The notes under the pieces are model-generated. The model was not told where the DNA came from. It searched no databases and worked only from the letters and a program-made list of their open reading frames with translations. 64,000 nt of DNA, from contig CAWDWO010000030.1 in the NCBI GenBank assembly GCA_963806035.1, positions 1 through 64,000 on the forward strand. The letters are read 5' to 3'. This DNA comes from Candidatus Krumholzibacteriota bacterium. GTDB lineage: Bacteria > Krumholzibacteriota > Krumholzibacteriia > JAJRXK01. Shown piece by piece: positions 55,007 to 64,000 of the stretch; position 1 is the first letter of the stretch, and every line of letters starts with the position of its first letter. The position numbers and the translations under genes were made by a program.

Positions 55007-56226
55007 ACGAGGGGTTCCTTGTTCGTGTGAATGCTCTCGGGGACGTTGTGGTGCACGATCCAGGCCGCCACGAGCGAGAGCACGCCCCCGATATAGAAGG
55101 GGAGCTGGAAACTGACCAGAGCCAGGATCCCGGCGATGAGCGGGCCCACCGCGATCCCCAGTCCGAAGCCCATGGTGATGACGCTCATCTGGAGCCCTTC
55201 GTTGCCGGCGGGCGAGAGATCGGCGGCCAGTGCGAAGGAGGGGGCGGCGATCCCGGCTGAAGCGAGTCCCTGGACCAAACGGAGTCCCGTGAGCTGGAGG
55301 GTCGAGGCGACTAGCCCCAGAAGAGCGGTCGAGGGGGCCATGAGCAAGAGGCCGAAAATGATGAGAGGCTTGCGGCCGACGCGGTCGGAGAGTTGGCCCA
55401 GGGGAATCTGGAACACGAGCCGGCTCACCATGAGGGCGCTGAAGGCCACGCTGAAGGCGAACGCAGTTTGGTCGAGGCGCTCGTTGAATTGCACTTCGAG
55501 CGTGCTCATCATCGTCAGCATCGTCGCCATCACGAAAGTAGCGGCGCCCAGGCTGATGACTCCTCCGGAGAGCACGCCCCTATCGAAGAGCCGAAAGGTG
55601 GTCCGTGGCCTCCCCGCACGCACCCCATTTTCCGTCGCCACATCGTGCACCCAGAACTGAACCAGGATCATGCCCAGGAGGATGAAACCGGTTCCGGCCA
55701 AGAAGGCCGCGTCGAATCCATATCGGACATGCAGAAAGCCCCCGATCAAGGGTCCCGTAGCAAATCCCACGATCCGCATGGTGGAGTAGATGCCCATCGA
55801 GCCGCCGCGAGAGCTCTTGTGCGTGGCCGAGGTCATCAGAGCCATGGAGGCGGGAATGGTGATCGCCACTCCCACCCCCTGGATCGCTCGCAGCAGGAGT
55901 AGATCCACGAAGCGGCTGGCGAAGATGAAGAGGAAGGTGCTGAGGGCCATCACGAACAGCCCGGCTAGAATGAAGATTTTCCGGCGCTGGAAGCGATCAC
56001 TCAATGATCCCATGACGGGCTGCAGCACGGAATTCACGATCCCATATAGGGAGATCAGAATTCCCACCCGCACGGACTCGGGCACGTGAAACCAGGGAGC
56101 CGGTAGCTCAGCGACGTAGAGCGGGATGACGATGAAGAGCAGGCTGTTGCCAATCGCGTCACCCAGGCGGGCCGCAGAGAGAGCGAGGACGACTCGATTC
56201 ATCCCCAGCGATTCCGGTAATTTCAT
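54997..56226 (-). CDS. MFS transporter
   Basis: GSLSDRFQRRK and GQLSDRVGRK motif A repeats; about 12 TM segments. Confidence 0.92.
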   Translation of the reverse strand: MKLPESLGMNRVVLALSAARLGDAIGNSLLFIVIPLYVAELPAPWFHVPESVRVGILISLYGIVNSVLQPVMGSLSDRFQRRKIFILAGLFVMALSTFLFIFASRFVDLLLLRAIQGVGVAITIPASMALMTSATHKSSRGGSMGIYSTMRIVGFATGPLIGGFLHVRYGFDAAFLAGTGFILLGMILVQFWVHDVATENGVRAGRPRTTFRLFDRGVLSGGVISLGAATFVMATMLTMMSTLEVQFNERLDQTAFAFSVAFSALMVSRLVFQIPLGQLSDRVGRKPLIIFGLLLMAPSTALLGLVASTLQLTGLRLVQGLASAGIAAPSFALAADLSPAGNEGLQMSVITMGFGLGIAVGPLIAGILALVSFQLPFYIGGVLSLVAAWIVHHNVPESIHTNKEPLVQR

Positions 56227-56277
56227 TCCACCCTCGTTCCACACCTGACTCGAAGCGGTCACGCCAACGGAGCGCTC

Positions 56278-57399
56278 TCATTCTTCCGATTTCGTTCCCT
56301 CATCCTCGAGCTGCGAGGCGTAGTCGGCAAAGAAGGCCGCAACCCGGGGTAGAAAGTCGCCGAAAGTAGCGTATCGCTGCCGATTTTGTTCGTAATCCGC
56401 CATCCACTTCGTGAGCTCGGGCATCCACAGAAACGAGCGCTTCACCTCGTACTGAACTTGGTTCTCAGCGCCTTCCGTATCGCCGTGGGCGAGAAGATAG
56501 CGAATTACAACCGCCCGCACGAGGGATTCGTCCACCATGATCTGCCAATCAGGGTAGGCCATGCGCTGCATCTTGGGCGCGACGGTCGCGAAGATCTTGC
56601 TGGCCGGCGCCATCAGGGCTTTGCGGTGGGCCTGGACGAGGTCGTTCACGAAGGAATGGCTGAATTCGTGGATGATGAGTTCGAGATTGTCGTTTCCGAC
56701 GACCGGCATGCCCTCTTCGTCCGTGGAGTTGATTCCGACGATGGCGTAAAACTTCTCGTTCCCCTCGGCGTCGAGATACTTTGGTCCGTAGCTGGCGGGA
56801 CCGTCGATCATGGCCGGAATGATGGTGAAGGGCTCGCTGGGCGCGAAGCCGAAGTAGTTTTGCAGCCAACTCAGGTCCAGCTGCGAATGGACGAAAGACT
56901 GCATCGCGCGAACGGTATGCTGGTAGATCGCGGCGTGTTCTTCGTAGAAGCGCTTGAAGTCGCTCTGCTTCGCGAAATCGGCCAGATCGCCGATGAACTC
57001 GCGCGCGTCACTCTCGGTCCATCGGCCATCCGCGTAGAGTTGGAGGGATTCGTCGTCGAGGGGCCGAATGGGTGCCGGAGTGAAAGCGTCGTCGAGGTGC
57101 AAGGCCAGTTGCATCACCGCGTCGAAGCTGATGCCGTGTGATTTGCGCAGCTCCTGAGTCAATGCGACCACGGGATGGTTACGATAGGGCTCGAAGTAGT
57201 CGTCGACATCGTTCAGATAGAGTTCCACCTGTCCCTGGCTGAACTCCGGATGTCCGCCGAGACGGTAGACGACCCCCAAGAGCTCCACCCGGGGATCGAT
57301 CTCCACGCTGAACTGGCGTAGGGGATTTGCCGCCGCGGCAGTGGTCGCAAGAACAGCGCTGAGAAGCACAGGAAGCCAAAGTAGAGACTTTGAATGCAT
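56278..57399 (-). CDS. DUF4932-like secreted protein (HExxH metallopeptidase-like)
   Basis: GGAGGA RBS; IDPRVELL; HEFSHSFVN; DESLVRA. Confidence 0.75.
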   Translation of the reverse strand: MHSKSLLWLPVLLSAVLATTAAAANPLRQFSVEIDPRVELLGVVYRLGGHPEFSQGQVELYLNDVDDYFEPYRNHPVVALTQELRKSHGISFDAVMQLALHLDDAFTPAPIRPLDDESLQLYADGRWTESDAREFIGDLADFAKQSDFKRFYEEHAAIYQHTVRAMQSFVHSQLDLSWLQNYFGFAPSEPFTIIPAMIDGPASYGPKYLDAEGNEKFYAIVGINSTDEEGMPVVGNDNLELIIHEFSHSFVNDLVQAHRKALMAPASKIFATVAPKMQRMAYPDWQIMVDESLVRAVVIRYLLAHGDTEGAENQVQYEVKRSFLWMPELTKWMADYEQNRQRYATFGDFLPRVAAFFADYASQLEDEGTKSEE

Positions 57400-57587
57400 C
57401 ACAAGTCCTCCTGAGTCTATAGCTTGTAAACAAAAGGCCACGCGAAGCGCGCGCCAAGTGCGGCGGGATGAGCATGAGTTTAGATCGGGCTCGTAGATGG
57501 TGCAATACGGGGTTTTCCGAGTTTTTGCCAACTTCGCGTGCCGAATCGCGTAGGCAGATAGAATTGTTCTCTCTTTGGAGGTTCGAC

Positions 57588-59432
57588 GTGCGCCAGCGCC
57601 ACCTGTTTCTCGCTTTGACGCTCATTCTCGTGATCTGCAGCGCAAACGCGCCGGATGTGGCCGCTGCCATGGATGCGGGACCATCGGCTTCGGAGCTCAT
57701 CGCCAAGCACCTGCAGTGGTTGGGTGGCGAGGAAGCGTTGAGCCGGCTCTCGACTCTGCGGATGAGCGGAACCCTGAGGACGGCCGGCCTGCAGGGCCGC
57801 GTCTCCGCCCTCATGCGGCGCGACGGCTACTCGCGCAGCGACTACGACTTGAAGGTGCTCAAGGGTGCACAGGCCATCACTCCCCATGACGCCTGGACCC
57901 TGAACGCCAGCGGCCAGGTGGAGGACCTCGGACAAAGCGAAGCGAAAAGTCTTCGACGCGAACTGGCGCGATCCTTCGGGGTGCCCTTTCTCAGCGACTC
58001 ACTGAGTTGGAAGAAGCTGGCTCCCGAGGAGAAGGGGGGACGCTCATGGGCAGTACTGCGGCTCGAGTACCCCGACGGCGACACCTGGGATCTGTTGCTC
58101 GATCCCGAGGACGGCAGCTCGGAGTGGTTCCGAAGTGTCGAGGACACCAAGACAATCTGGATTCACAATGGCGATTTTCGAATGGTCGAGGGTGTGCGGA
58201 TCGCGTTTCGGAGCGAGCGCACGGGCGAGGATCCCGGCGACACCAATCTGGTGCGCTGGACGAAGATGGAAGCGAACGTGGAGCTTCCGCCCTCGGCTTT
58301 TGCGCGCCCCACCGCGCGCAAGGTCGCGCGTATCCTCAGCGGTGCGGCGAGCACGCCCTGGATGAATACGGTCGCGCAGGATCCCCGCTCGATTCGTCTG
58401 CGCGGCACGATCAATGGCAAAGCAGCCGACATCCTGCTCGATTCCGGAGCGGGGATCACGGTGGTGTCCCGCACCTTGGCCGAGGAACTGAAGCTGAAGC
58501 CGGAGGGAGCGCTCACCGCGGAAGGAACCGCCGCGAGCGCGGAAGCGGCCCTGGTGGGCGGCATCCAGCTCGAGATCGGAGATCTGGCACTCGATGGAAT
58601 CACCGCCGCCACCATCGACCTCTCGCAGATCAACGCCCAGCTTCCGCGACCCTTGGAAGTCATTCTGGGCAAGGAGCTCTTTCACGCGATGCTCGTCGAC
58701 GTGGATTACCCGAATTCGCGCGTTCGATTCTGCGATCCCGAGAAATTCGAGATCACCGGGCTAGGGCACAAAGTACCCATCTTCCCCGCCGCGGACGGAC
58801 ACAAGCTCATCGAGATCGGCATCGAGAATCTCCCGCCTGCTCTGGTCGACGTCGACACGGGGAGCGGTGCCACACTGGACATCTTCAGTTTCTACGCGGA
58901 CGAGAACGAACTCTTGAAAAACCGCACTCGCGTATCGGAGGCCATGGCGGCCGGTGTGGGGGGCACGACCGTCAACAAGATCGCCTCGCTCAATGCTCTC
59001 ACCGTAGGCGGTTACGAGTTGCACGAGGTTCCGGTGGGCTTCTTCCAGGGGAAGAAAGGTTCCTTCCACACGCGTCGGATCGCGGGCAATCTCGGAGCGG
59101 GCATCCTGACCCGTTTCAGGATCCTCTTCGACTATCCGCATCAGGCCCTTTGGTTGACTCCCGGCGAGAACTGGGACCGTCCCTTCGAACGCAACCGCAC
59201 GGGACTACAGACCACCTACGACGACGGCGCTCTGCGCGTGGTCTTCGTCGCCCCAGGGAGTCCCGCGGAGAAAGCGGGATGGAAAGCAGGGGAGAGAATC
59301 GTGGCCATCGACGGCAAGAAAGTGCAGCGCGACGATTCCCACGCTTGGCGACGCCAGCCCACGGGGACCAAGCTTAAGCTGGAAACCGACAAGGGGGAGC
59401 AACGCGAACTGGTGCTGGCGGACTACTATTAG
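57588..59432 (+). CDS. Secreted tandem retropepsin-like aspartyl protease with PDZ domain
   Basis: GGAGG RBS with GTG start; LLDSGA and VDTGS; ILG and NLG motifs; GSPAEKAG PDZ. Confidence 0.88.
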   Translation: MRQRHLFLALTLILVICSANAPDVAAAMDAGPSASELIAKHLQWLGGEEALSRLSTLRMSGTLRTAGLQGRVSALMRRDGYSRSDYDLKVLKGAQAITPHDAWTLNASGQVEDLGQSEAKSLRRELARSFGVPFLSDSLSWKKLAPEEKGGRSWAVLRLEYPDGDTWDLLLDPEDGSSEWFRSVEDTKTIWIHNGDFRMVEGVRIAFRSERTGEDPGDTNLVRWTKMEANVELPPSAFARPTARKVARILSGAASTPWMNTVAQDPRSIRLRGTINGKAADILLDSGAGITVVSRTLAEELKLKPEGALTAEGTAASAEAALVGGIQLEIGDLALDGITAATIDLSQINAQLPRPLEVILGKELFHAMLVDVDYPNSRVRFCDPEKFEITGLGHKVPIFPAADGHKLIEIGIENLPPALVDVDTGSGATLDIFSFYADENELLKNRTRVSEAMAAGVGGTTVNKIASLNALTVGGYELHEVPVGFFQGKKGSFHTRRIAGNLGAGILTRFRILFDYPHQALWLTPGENWDRPFERNRTGLQTTYDDGALRVVFVAPGSPAEKAGWKAGERIVAIDGKKVQRDDSHAWRRQPTGTKLKLETDKGEQRELVLADYY

Positions 59433-59650
59433 CCAGCCGTTCCCGCGCGGTCGGGGTTTTGGGAATCACGACCACAATGAGGATAATGCGCTCGCATAAC
59501 CCGCGAACGCTCGACTTTCATTCCCAACGCAGTGTGCTAAGATCCGCCAGTACCTGTCTCCTTAGGTTCCAGCAAATACGCATGGCCCGAACTCCGATGC
59601 GGGCGATGACGGCGGATCGTTTCGCCGCGAGCGAATGAAAGGGTGTCTCC

Positions 59651-60421
59651 ATGTCGATGACAAAGTTCCGGATCAGCCTGCTGCTCGGCCTCGCCGTGTT
59701 GTGCTTCAGTATTCCTTCCTGGGCCCAGGACCATTGGTCATGGCCCGAGAAGGCCAAGAATTTGAAGGTCCTGCCCAAGGACATCAGCAAGGATAACCTA
59801 CGAGATGCCATGCACGGTTTCTCACGTGGTCTGGGCGTTCACTGTGCTCACTGCCACGAAGGGGAAGAGGGCAAGCCTCTCTCGACCTACGATTTTGCTT
59901 CCGACAAGAACCCCAACAAGGATCGCGCGCGCGAGATGATGCGCATGATGGGAGACATCCACGAACATCTGAAGAAGATCCAGCCCAGTGGAGATCAGGC
60001 GGTCCGGGTTTCGTGTTACACCTGTCACCACGGCCGTCCCCGTCCCATGACCCTAGCGGCAGAGCTTACCGAGTCGTTCCGCAAGGGCGGAGTCGACGCG
60101 TCTCTGAGTACTTACGATCAGCTCCGTGAAAACTACTATGGCAGAGGCGTGTACGACTTCGACAGCGAGGAAGGTTTGAACGTCTTGGGTTACACCGTAC
60201 TCGCCACGAAGGACTACGAGGGAGCCATCCGGGTGTTCAAGATGAACGCCGAGAAGTTCCCCGATTCGGGCAACGTGTGGGACAGCCTGGCCGAGGCATA
60301 CATGAAATCCGGTGACATGAAGCAGGCCGAAGAATACTATGAGAAATCACTGAAACTGGAGCCGAGAAATCGGAACGCCGCGGAGATGCTGAAGAAGATC
60401 AGGGGTGCCGGGGGGGATTGA
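59651..60421 (+). CDS. Diheme c-type cytochrome with TPR domain
   Basis: Signal peptide; NLKVL; CAHCH; CYTCH; NVWDSLAEAY TPR. Confidence 0.88.
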   Translation: MSMTKFRISLLLGLAVLCFSIPSWAQDHWSWPEKAKNLKVLPKDISKDNLRDAMHGFSRGLGVHCAHCHEGEEGKPLSTYDFASDKNPNKDRAREMMRMMGDIHEHLKKIQPSGDQAVRVSCYTCHHGRPRPMTLAAELTESFRKGGVDASLSTYDQLRENYYGRGVYDFDSEEGLNVLGYTVLATKDYEGAIRVFKMNAEKFPDSGNVWDSLAEAYMKSGDMKQAEEYYEKSLKLEPRNRNAAEMLKKIRGAGGD

Positions 60422-60536
60422 GCGAGTAACTCAATCGCCCCTGGGGGTCTGGTCGAAGAGATGATCCGCGGGTATTGGAGGGGTCGGCCGTGCCCCCGGG
60501 GTAAGTCACGAGAAACTTGCGCGTCATTCGCGCGCT

Positions 60537-62570
60537 TTGCGCCTGAGTCTGGCGAGCGCAGCGGTCTTTTCGATGCTGCTGCTCGCAGTTCTGCTCCATG
60601 GCATTGCCAGGCCCTACAACCCGGACGTTCCACTCCCCTGGGACATGTCGCACCATTTTCTCGGTGCTTTGCAATTCAAGGACGCGATTGCACATCATTC
60701 CCTTCCTGAATTCGGCAGGGCCTTCCTCGAGTCCGACCTCTATCCTCCTGGACACTCCATCGTCCTGGGGAGCTGGCTTCTCGCGGCCGGTTCCTCCAGC
60801 CTCAGCCTCTTTTTGTTCCGCTGCTTCGTCCTGTGGATCTTCGTGTTGGCGATGGTATGGACCTCGAGGCCACTCCCGGCGCGCAGGGGCTGGCTGGCGG
60901 TGGTCCTCGGCGGCCTCTTCCTGGGAAGCTATGGTCGCTTCATGGCGCTGGCCGGTACCTACATGGTGGATGCTCCGGCGGCGATCCTCGCCTTGCTGTC
61001 GCTGGCCGCTCTCGCTTGGGCCGTGCAGTCCAAGAGCGTGCGCAGCCTGATCGTCGCCTTCATGCTGGTGAGCTTCACGCTTCTCACCAAGTACAACGTG
61101 GGCCTGCCACTGGTTCCGGCCGCTTTCGCTCTTGCGGGAGTCAGCTGGTTGCGTCACGAGCGTGCCATTGCGCTGAAGCTATGCGCGGTGAGCCTCTTGG
61201 CCCTCGGCGTTTGGGCCTTGTTTCTCACCCTGCAAGTCGGTGGGTGGAATGCATTCCTGCGTTTTGCCTCCAACCGTGCGAATTCGATCGATTGGTCGAT
61301 GCTCCAGCGTCTTCATTGGTATTCGGATGTTTTCCTGAAAGGCTCCTTCGTGTGGCCGGCGTTGGGTTGGACCTGTTTGGCGCTGGCTCTCGTGGTACTC
61401 ATCCTGGAACGCAGGCCCTTCATCCTGGTGAGCGGAGTGTACGTCGGCAGCACGCTCGTTGCTCTGTCCCGGCACCCCTATCTCCTCGAGCGCAATCTCC
61501 TTTCCTCCGGTCTCATTCTCATCGTGCTGGCCGCGATCGGTGGAGCCATTCTCTTGGATCGTGTCGCGACGATGCTTCCCCATAGCGCGCACGCCCCCTT
61601 GCTGATTCTGGGCTGTGCCGCAGCCGTATACGGCCTGCTTGGATCGGAAGGAATGGCGCGTGAGCGTACGGAGCGGGAGTTCGGGCCGGATGGTCAGCGA
61701 CTGGAAGCGATTCCGAGTTTCATCAGCGCCGGGATGCGCGAACATGCCACTTGCCGGGTGATCGGCACCTTCAATGCGTTCAGCCCCGGCTGGGTACAGA
61801 TTCTCGCCAAACGAATTCCCCTGGCGAATCGTCCGCAACTCGCGATCGGCTTTCCTTATCCCGGTACGAGTTCTAGAACAGGAATCGACCCTGCGCCAGA
61901 CGCGCGCTATTCGGCGGCGATTCAAGACTGGGAGCAACGCGAACACCCCGAGTACGTGATCGATGTCGATGTGCTCCCCAGCTCCGTGTTCCATGACCGC
62001 GATTACGAGCTCTGGAACGCCTGGAAGCAGAATTTCATCCGCGCGATCCGGATCCAGCCTGATGCGCGTCTTTTGGCGCGCGCAAGTGCGGATTCGCAGC
62101 GTGTGGTCGTGGAAGCGCTCTCAATGGGAAATGCCCCCATCCAATTTGGTGAGGGCTGGGGGCCGGAAGAACCCTGGGGGCGCTGGGCCAACCGAAAAGA
62201 AGCCACTCTTCGCATTCCAGCTCCCGCGGCCGGGAGTCAGGTCGAGATCACCGTGGCGGGCTTCGACGGTCAGGAGCAGAAGCAGACATGTGTGGTGTCG
62301 TGGGAGGGTGGGACACTGGCTCGCTTCGAGGTCGACCCCGTGCCGTGGGAATGGCACACCTACGCCTTCCAGCTTCCCGACCTCGAGCGCGACGATCCAC
62401 TCGCGATCAATTTTCATTTCGAGTATCTCGACCCCGGGGATGCAATCGATCCCCGGTCGCGCTCGCTTCCCTTCAAGTCGATCTTGGTTTCGGTTCCGGG
62501 ATTCGCCCCCCCTAGAACCACCACGGGAACTCGTCTCACTTCAGCAGAACGACGATCTCGTGATCACTGA
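60537..62570 (+). CDS. Polytopic membrane protein, probable GT-C (ArnT/PMT-like) glycosyltransferase
   Basis: WD...H, LYPP, YMVDAP and LTKYN motifs; many TM segments; C-terminal beta domain (GWGPEEPWGRW). Start uncertain. Confidence 0.65.
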   Translation: MRLSLASAAVFSMLLLAVLLHGIARPYNPDVPLPWDMSHHFLGALQFKDAIAHHSLPEFGRAFLESDLYPPGHSIVLGSWLLAAGSSSLSLFLFRCFVLWIFVLAMVWTSRPLPARRGWLAVVLGGLFLGSYGRFMALAGTYMVDAPAAILALLSLAALAWAVQSKSVRSLIVAFMLVSFTLLTKYNVGLPLVPAAFALAGVSWLRHERAIALKLCAVSLLALGVWALFLTLQVGGWNAFLRFASNRANSIDWSMLQRLHWYSDVFLKGSFVWPALGWTCLALALVVLILERRPFILVSGVYVGSTLVALSRHPYLLERNLLSSGLILIVLAAIGGAILLDRVATMLPHSAHAPLLILGCAAAVYGLLGSEGMARERTEREFGPDGQRLEAIPSFISAGMREHATCRVIGTFNAFSPGWVQILAKRIPLANRPQLAIGFPYPGTSSRTGIDPAPDARYSAAIQDWEQREHPEYVIDVDVLPSSVFHDRDYELWNAWKQNFIRAIRIQPDARLLARASADSQRVVVEALSMGNAPIQFGEGWGPEEPWGRWANRKEATLRIPAPAAGSQVEITVAGFDGQEQKQTCVVSWEGGTLARFEVDPVPWEWHTYAFQLPDLERDDPLAINFHFEYLDPGDAIDPRSRSLPFKSILVSVPGFAPPRTTTGTRLTSAERRSRDH

Positions 62571-62633
62571 TGCCGCAATCTACTAAACGGAGCCGTTCGA
62601 CGCGGTCAGTTTACACACCCCGATCATCGCCCC

Positions 62634-62930
62634 TCACCCCCCCGCAATCGCTCCGATGATGAGCAGGGGCTCCTTTCCCAGGCACACTGCCTCGGGGAGC
62701 TCTGTCTCCAGCGGTCGATTGGAAAAGTCCTCTTCACAGGCATAGAAGCGCAAGAAGGGACGTCGCTGGCGCGTAGTGTGATCACGAATGGTGCCGCTCA
62801 AGACGGGAAAGCGCGACTCGAGTGCGTCGAGCGCAGCTGCGATCGTCACTGGATCGGCAAGCTCGAGCTGCACCTCTCCGCTCACTTGGGCGAGAGTCCG
62901 GAGGTGTTGCGGAAGCATCACGCGAATCAA
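62634..62930 (-). CDS. MoaD/ThiS-family ubiquitin-like protein
   Basis: Beta-grasp size; C-terminal IIGAIAGG. Confidence 0.9.
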   Translation of the reverse strand: MIRVMLPQHLRTLAQVSGEVQLELADPVTIAAALDALESRFPVLSGTIRDHTTRQRRPFLRFYACEEDFSNRPLETELPEAVCLGKEPLLIIGAIAGG

Positions 62931-62942
62931 GGCAAGCTCCAG

Positions 62943-64000
62943 TTAGGCGAGGGTCTGAACTTCCACCGACAACACTTTCGGCAAGTCGCGCGCAATGGCG
63001 GTCCAGTTGTCACCACTGTCACTAGACGCATAAACCTCGCCGCCGGTGGTGCCGAAGTAGATGCCGCAGGAATCGAGAGAATCGACCGCCATCGCGTCGC
63101 GCAAGACGTTCACGTAGCAGTGACTCTGTGGAAGTCCCTTGGTGAGCGCCTCCCACTGGTTGCCACCGCTCTTGCTACGATAGACCCGCAGCTTGCCTTC
63201 AGGAGGATAATGCTCGGAGTCGCTCTTGATGGGCACCACGTAGATGGTCTCGGGCTCGTGGGCGTGCACCTCGATGGGGAAGCCGAAGTCGCTGGGGAGG
63301 TTTCCACTGACCTCATGCCAGTTTTCCCCGGCGTCGTCGCTGCGATTGACGTCCCAGTGCTTCTGCATGAACAAGACCTGCGGCCGCGAGGGATGCATGG
63401 CGATGCTGTGCACGCAATGCCCTACTTCGAAGCTCTTGTCGGGCAGCTCGTAGGCCGTCTTGAGCCCCTTCGTGATGGGCTTCCAGCTCCTTGCTCCGTC
63501 GTCGCTGCGGAAGACGCCGGCGGCCGAGATGGCAACGTAGATGCGATTCTCGTCGTTCGGGTCGAGCAGGATGGTATGAAGGCACATACCGCCGGCACCG
63601 GGCTGCCAGAGTTCGCCCTTGGCCTGGCGTAAAGCGGGCCGTTCCTGCCAGCTCTTGCCTCCGTCTTTGCTGTGAAAGAGTGCGGCGTCTTCCACTCCCG
63701 CGAAGACCGCTTCCGGATCGTCGAGTGAGGGTTCGAGGTGCCATACGCGTTTGAACTCCCACGGGCGCGGCGTTCCGTCGTACCAGCGGTGTTCACCGAC
63801 CTCACCCTCGTACACGAAGCGGTTGCTCTTGCCGGCCGGGGGTTCTCCGGGTGTCGGCATCTTCTCGCCGCCGGGAGGCGACCAGGTCTTCCCGCCGTCG
63901 TCCGATCGTTGCAGAATCTGACCGAACCAACCGCTGGATTGTGATGCGTAGATCCGGTTGGGATCGACGGGCGATCCTTTCATGTGATAGATCTCCCAGC
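62943..64000 (-). CDS. BNR/Asp-box beta-propeller protein (5' end outside window)
   Basis: Repeated [24 protein letters not shown] boxes; frame open to the window edge. Confidence 0.88.
   Translation of the reverse strand, partial: WEIYHMKGSPVDPNRIYASQSSGWFGQILQRSDDGGKTWSPPGGEKMPTPGEPPAGKSNRFVYEGEVGEHRWYDGTPRPWEFKRVWHLEPSLDDPEAVFAGVEDAALFHSKDGGKSWQERPALRQAKGELWQPGAGGMCLHTILLDPNDENRIYVAISAAGVFRSDDGARSWKPITKGLKTAYELPDKSFEVGHCVHSIAMHPSRPQVLFMQKHWDVNRSDDAGENWHEVSGNLPSDFGFPIEVHAHEPETIYVVPIKSDSEHYPPEGKLRVYRSKSGGNQWEALTKGLPQSHCYVNVLRDAMAVDSLDSCGIYFGTTGGEVYASSDSGDNWTAIARDLPKVLSVEVQTLA

Noticed and set aside
192..59377. Many long overlapping or antisense ORFs (e.g. 192-1178, 9697-10902, 12121-13431, 31256-32584, 43094-43978, 51760-53097, 58007-59377)
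   Set aside because: They shadow well-supported genes, have Arg/Gly/His-rich non-protein-like composition and no motifs. This is expected in GC-rich DNA.
59651..60421. Evidence for phototrophy
   Set aside because: Only two hemes plus TPR, and no puf or bch genes in the window.
1..64000. tRNA, rRNA, CRISPR arrays, IS elements, prophage genes
   Set aside because: No T-loop/cloverleaf signatures, regularly spaced repeats, or transposase/integrase motifs seen by eye. A tRNAscan/Infernal run would be needed to be certain.

Overview
This is a gene-dense, GC-rich bacterial chromosomal window. I saw no rRNA, tRNA, CRISPR array or transposase. FlgD-Ig/T9SS-like C-terminal domains and many secreted lipoproteins suggest an FCB-affiliated lineage such as Krumholzibacteriota, Eisenbacteria or Latescibacterota (inference only). 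Ordinary content includes CutA, an MprF-like protein, a secreted endonuclease I, MacAB-like and RND exporters, an RRM protein, tricorn protease, PoxB, an IorAB-like molybdoenzyme, an ECF sigma/anti-sigma pair, a DPS-like ferritin, a cation-chloride cotransporter, a TetR regulator, a two-component system, Amt plus a porin, MutM and an MFS transporter. Five observations stand out. (1) A hidden exported selenoprotein (23755-24324; in-frame TGA in a U-G-Y-C motif with a SECIS-like hairpin) that the ORF track splits in two. (2) A self-contained cAMP module (cyclase-FHA, MBL-fold phosphodiesterase, FAD oxidoreductase, cNMP-binding protein) sitting between two MauG/MbnH-type diheme genes. (3) A periplasmic operon of a diheme enzyme, a Tat-exported metallophosphoesterase (GEHD and WPW motifs) and a Cys-bearing cytochrome c. 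(4) A shared C-terminal [ST]FGx[VI]KSQY tail on two unrelated secreted proteins, a candidate sorting signal. (5) An ApbE/DUF3570/DUF4266/TlpA flavinylation cluster. All family assignments come from motif recognition by eye, not database searches.
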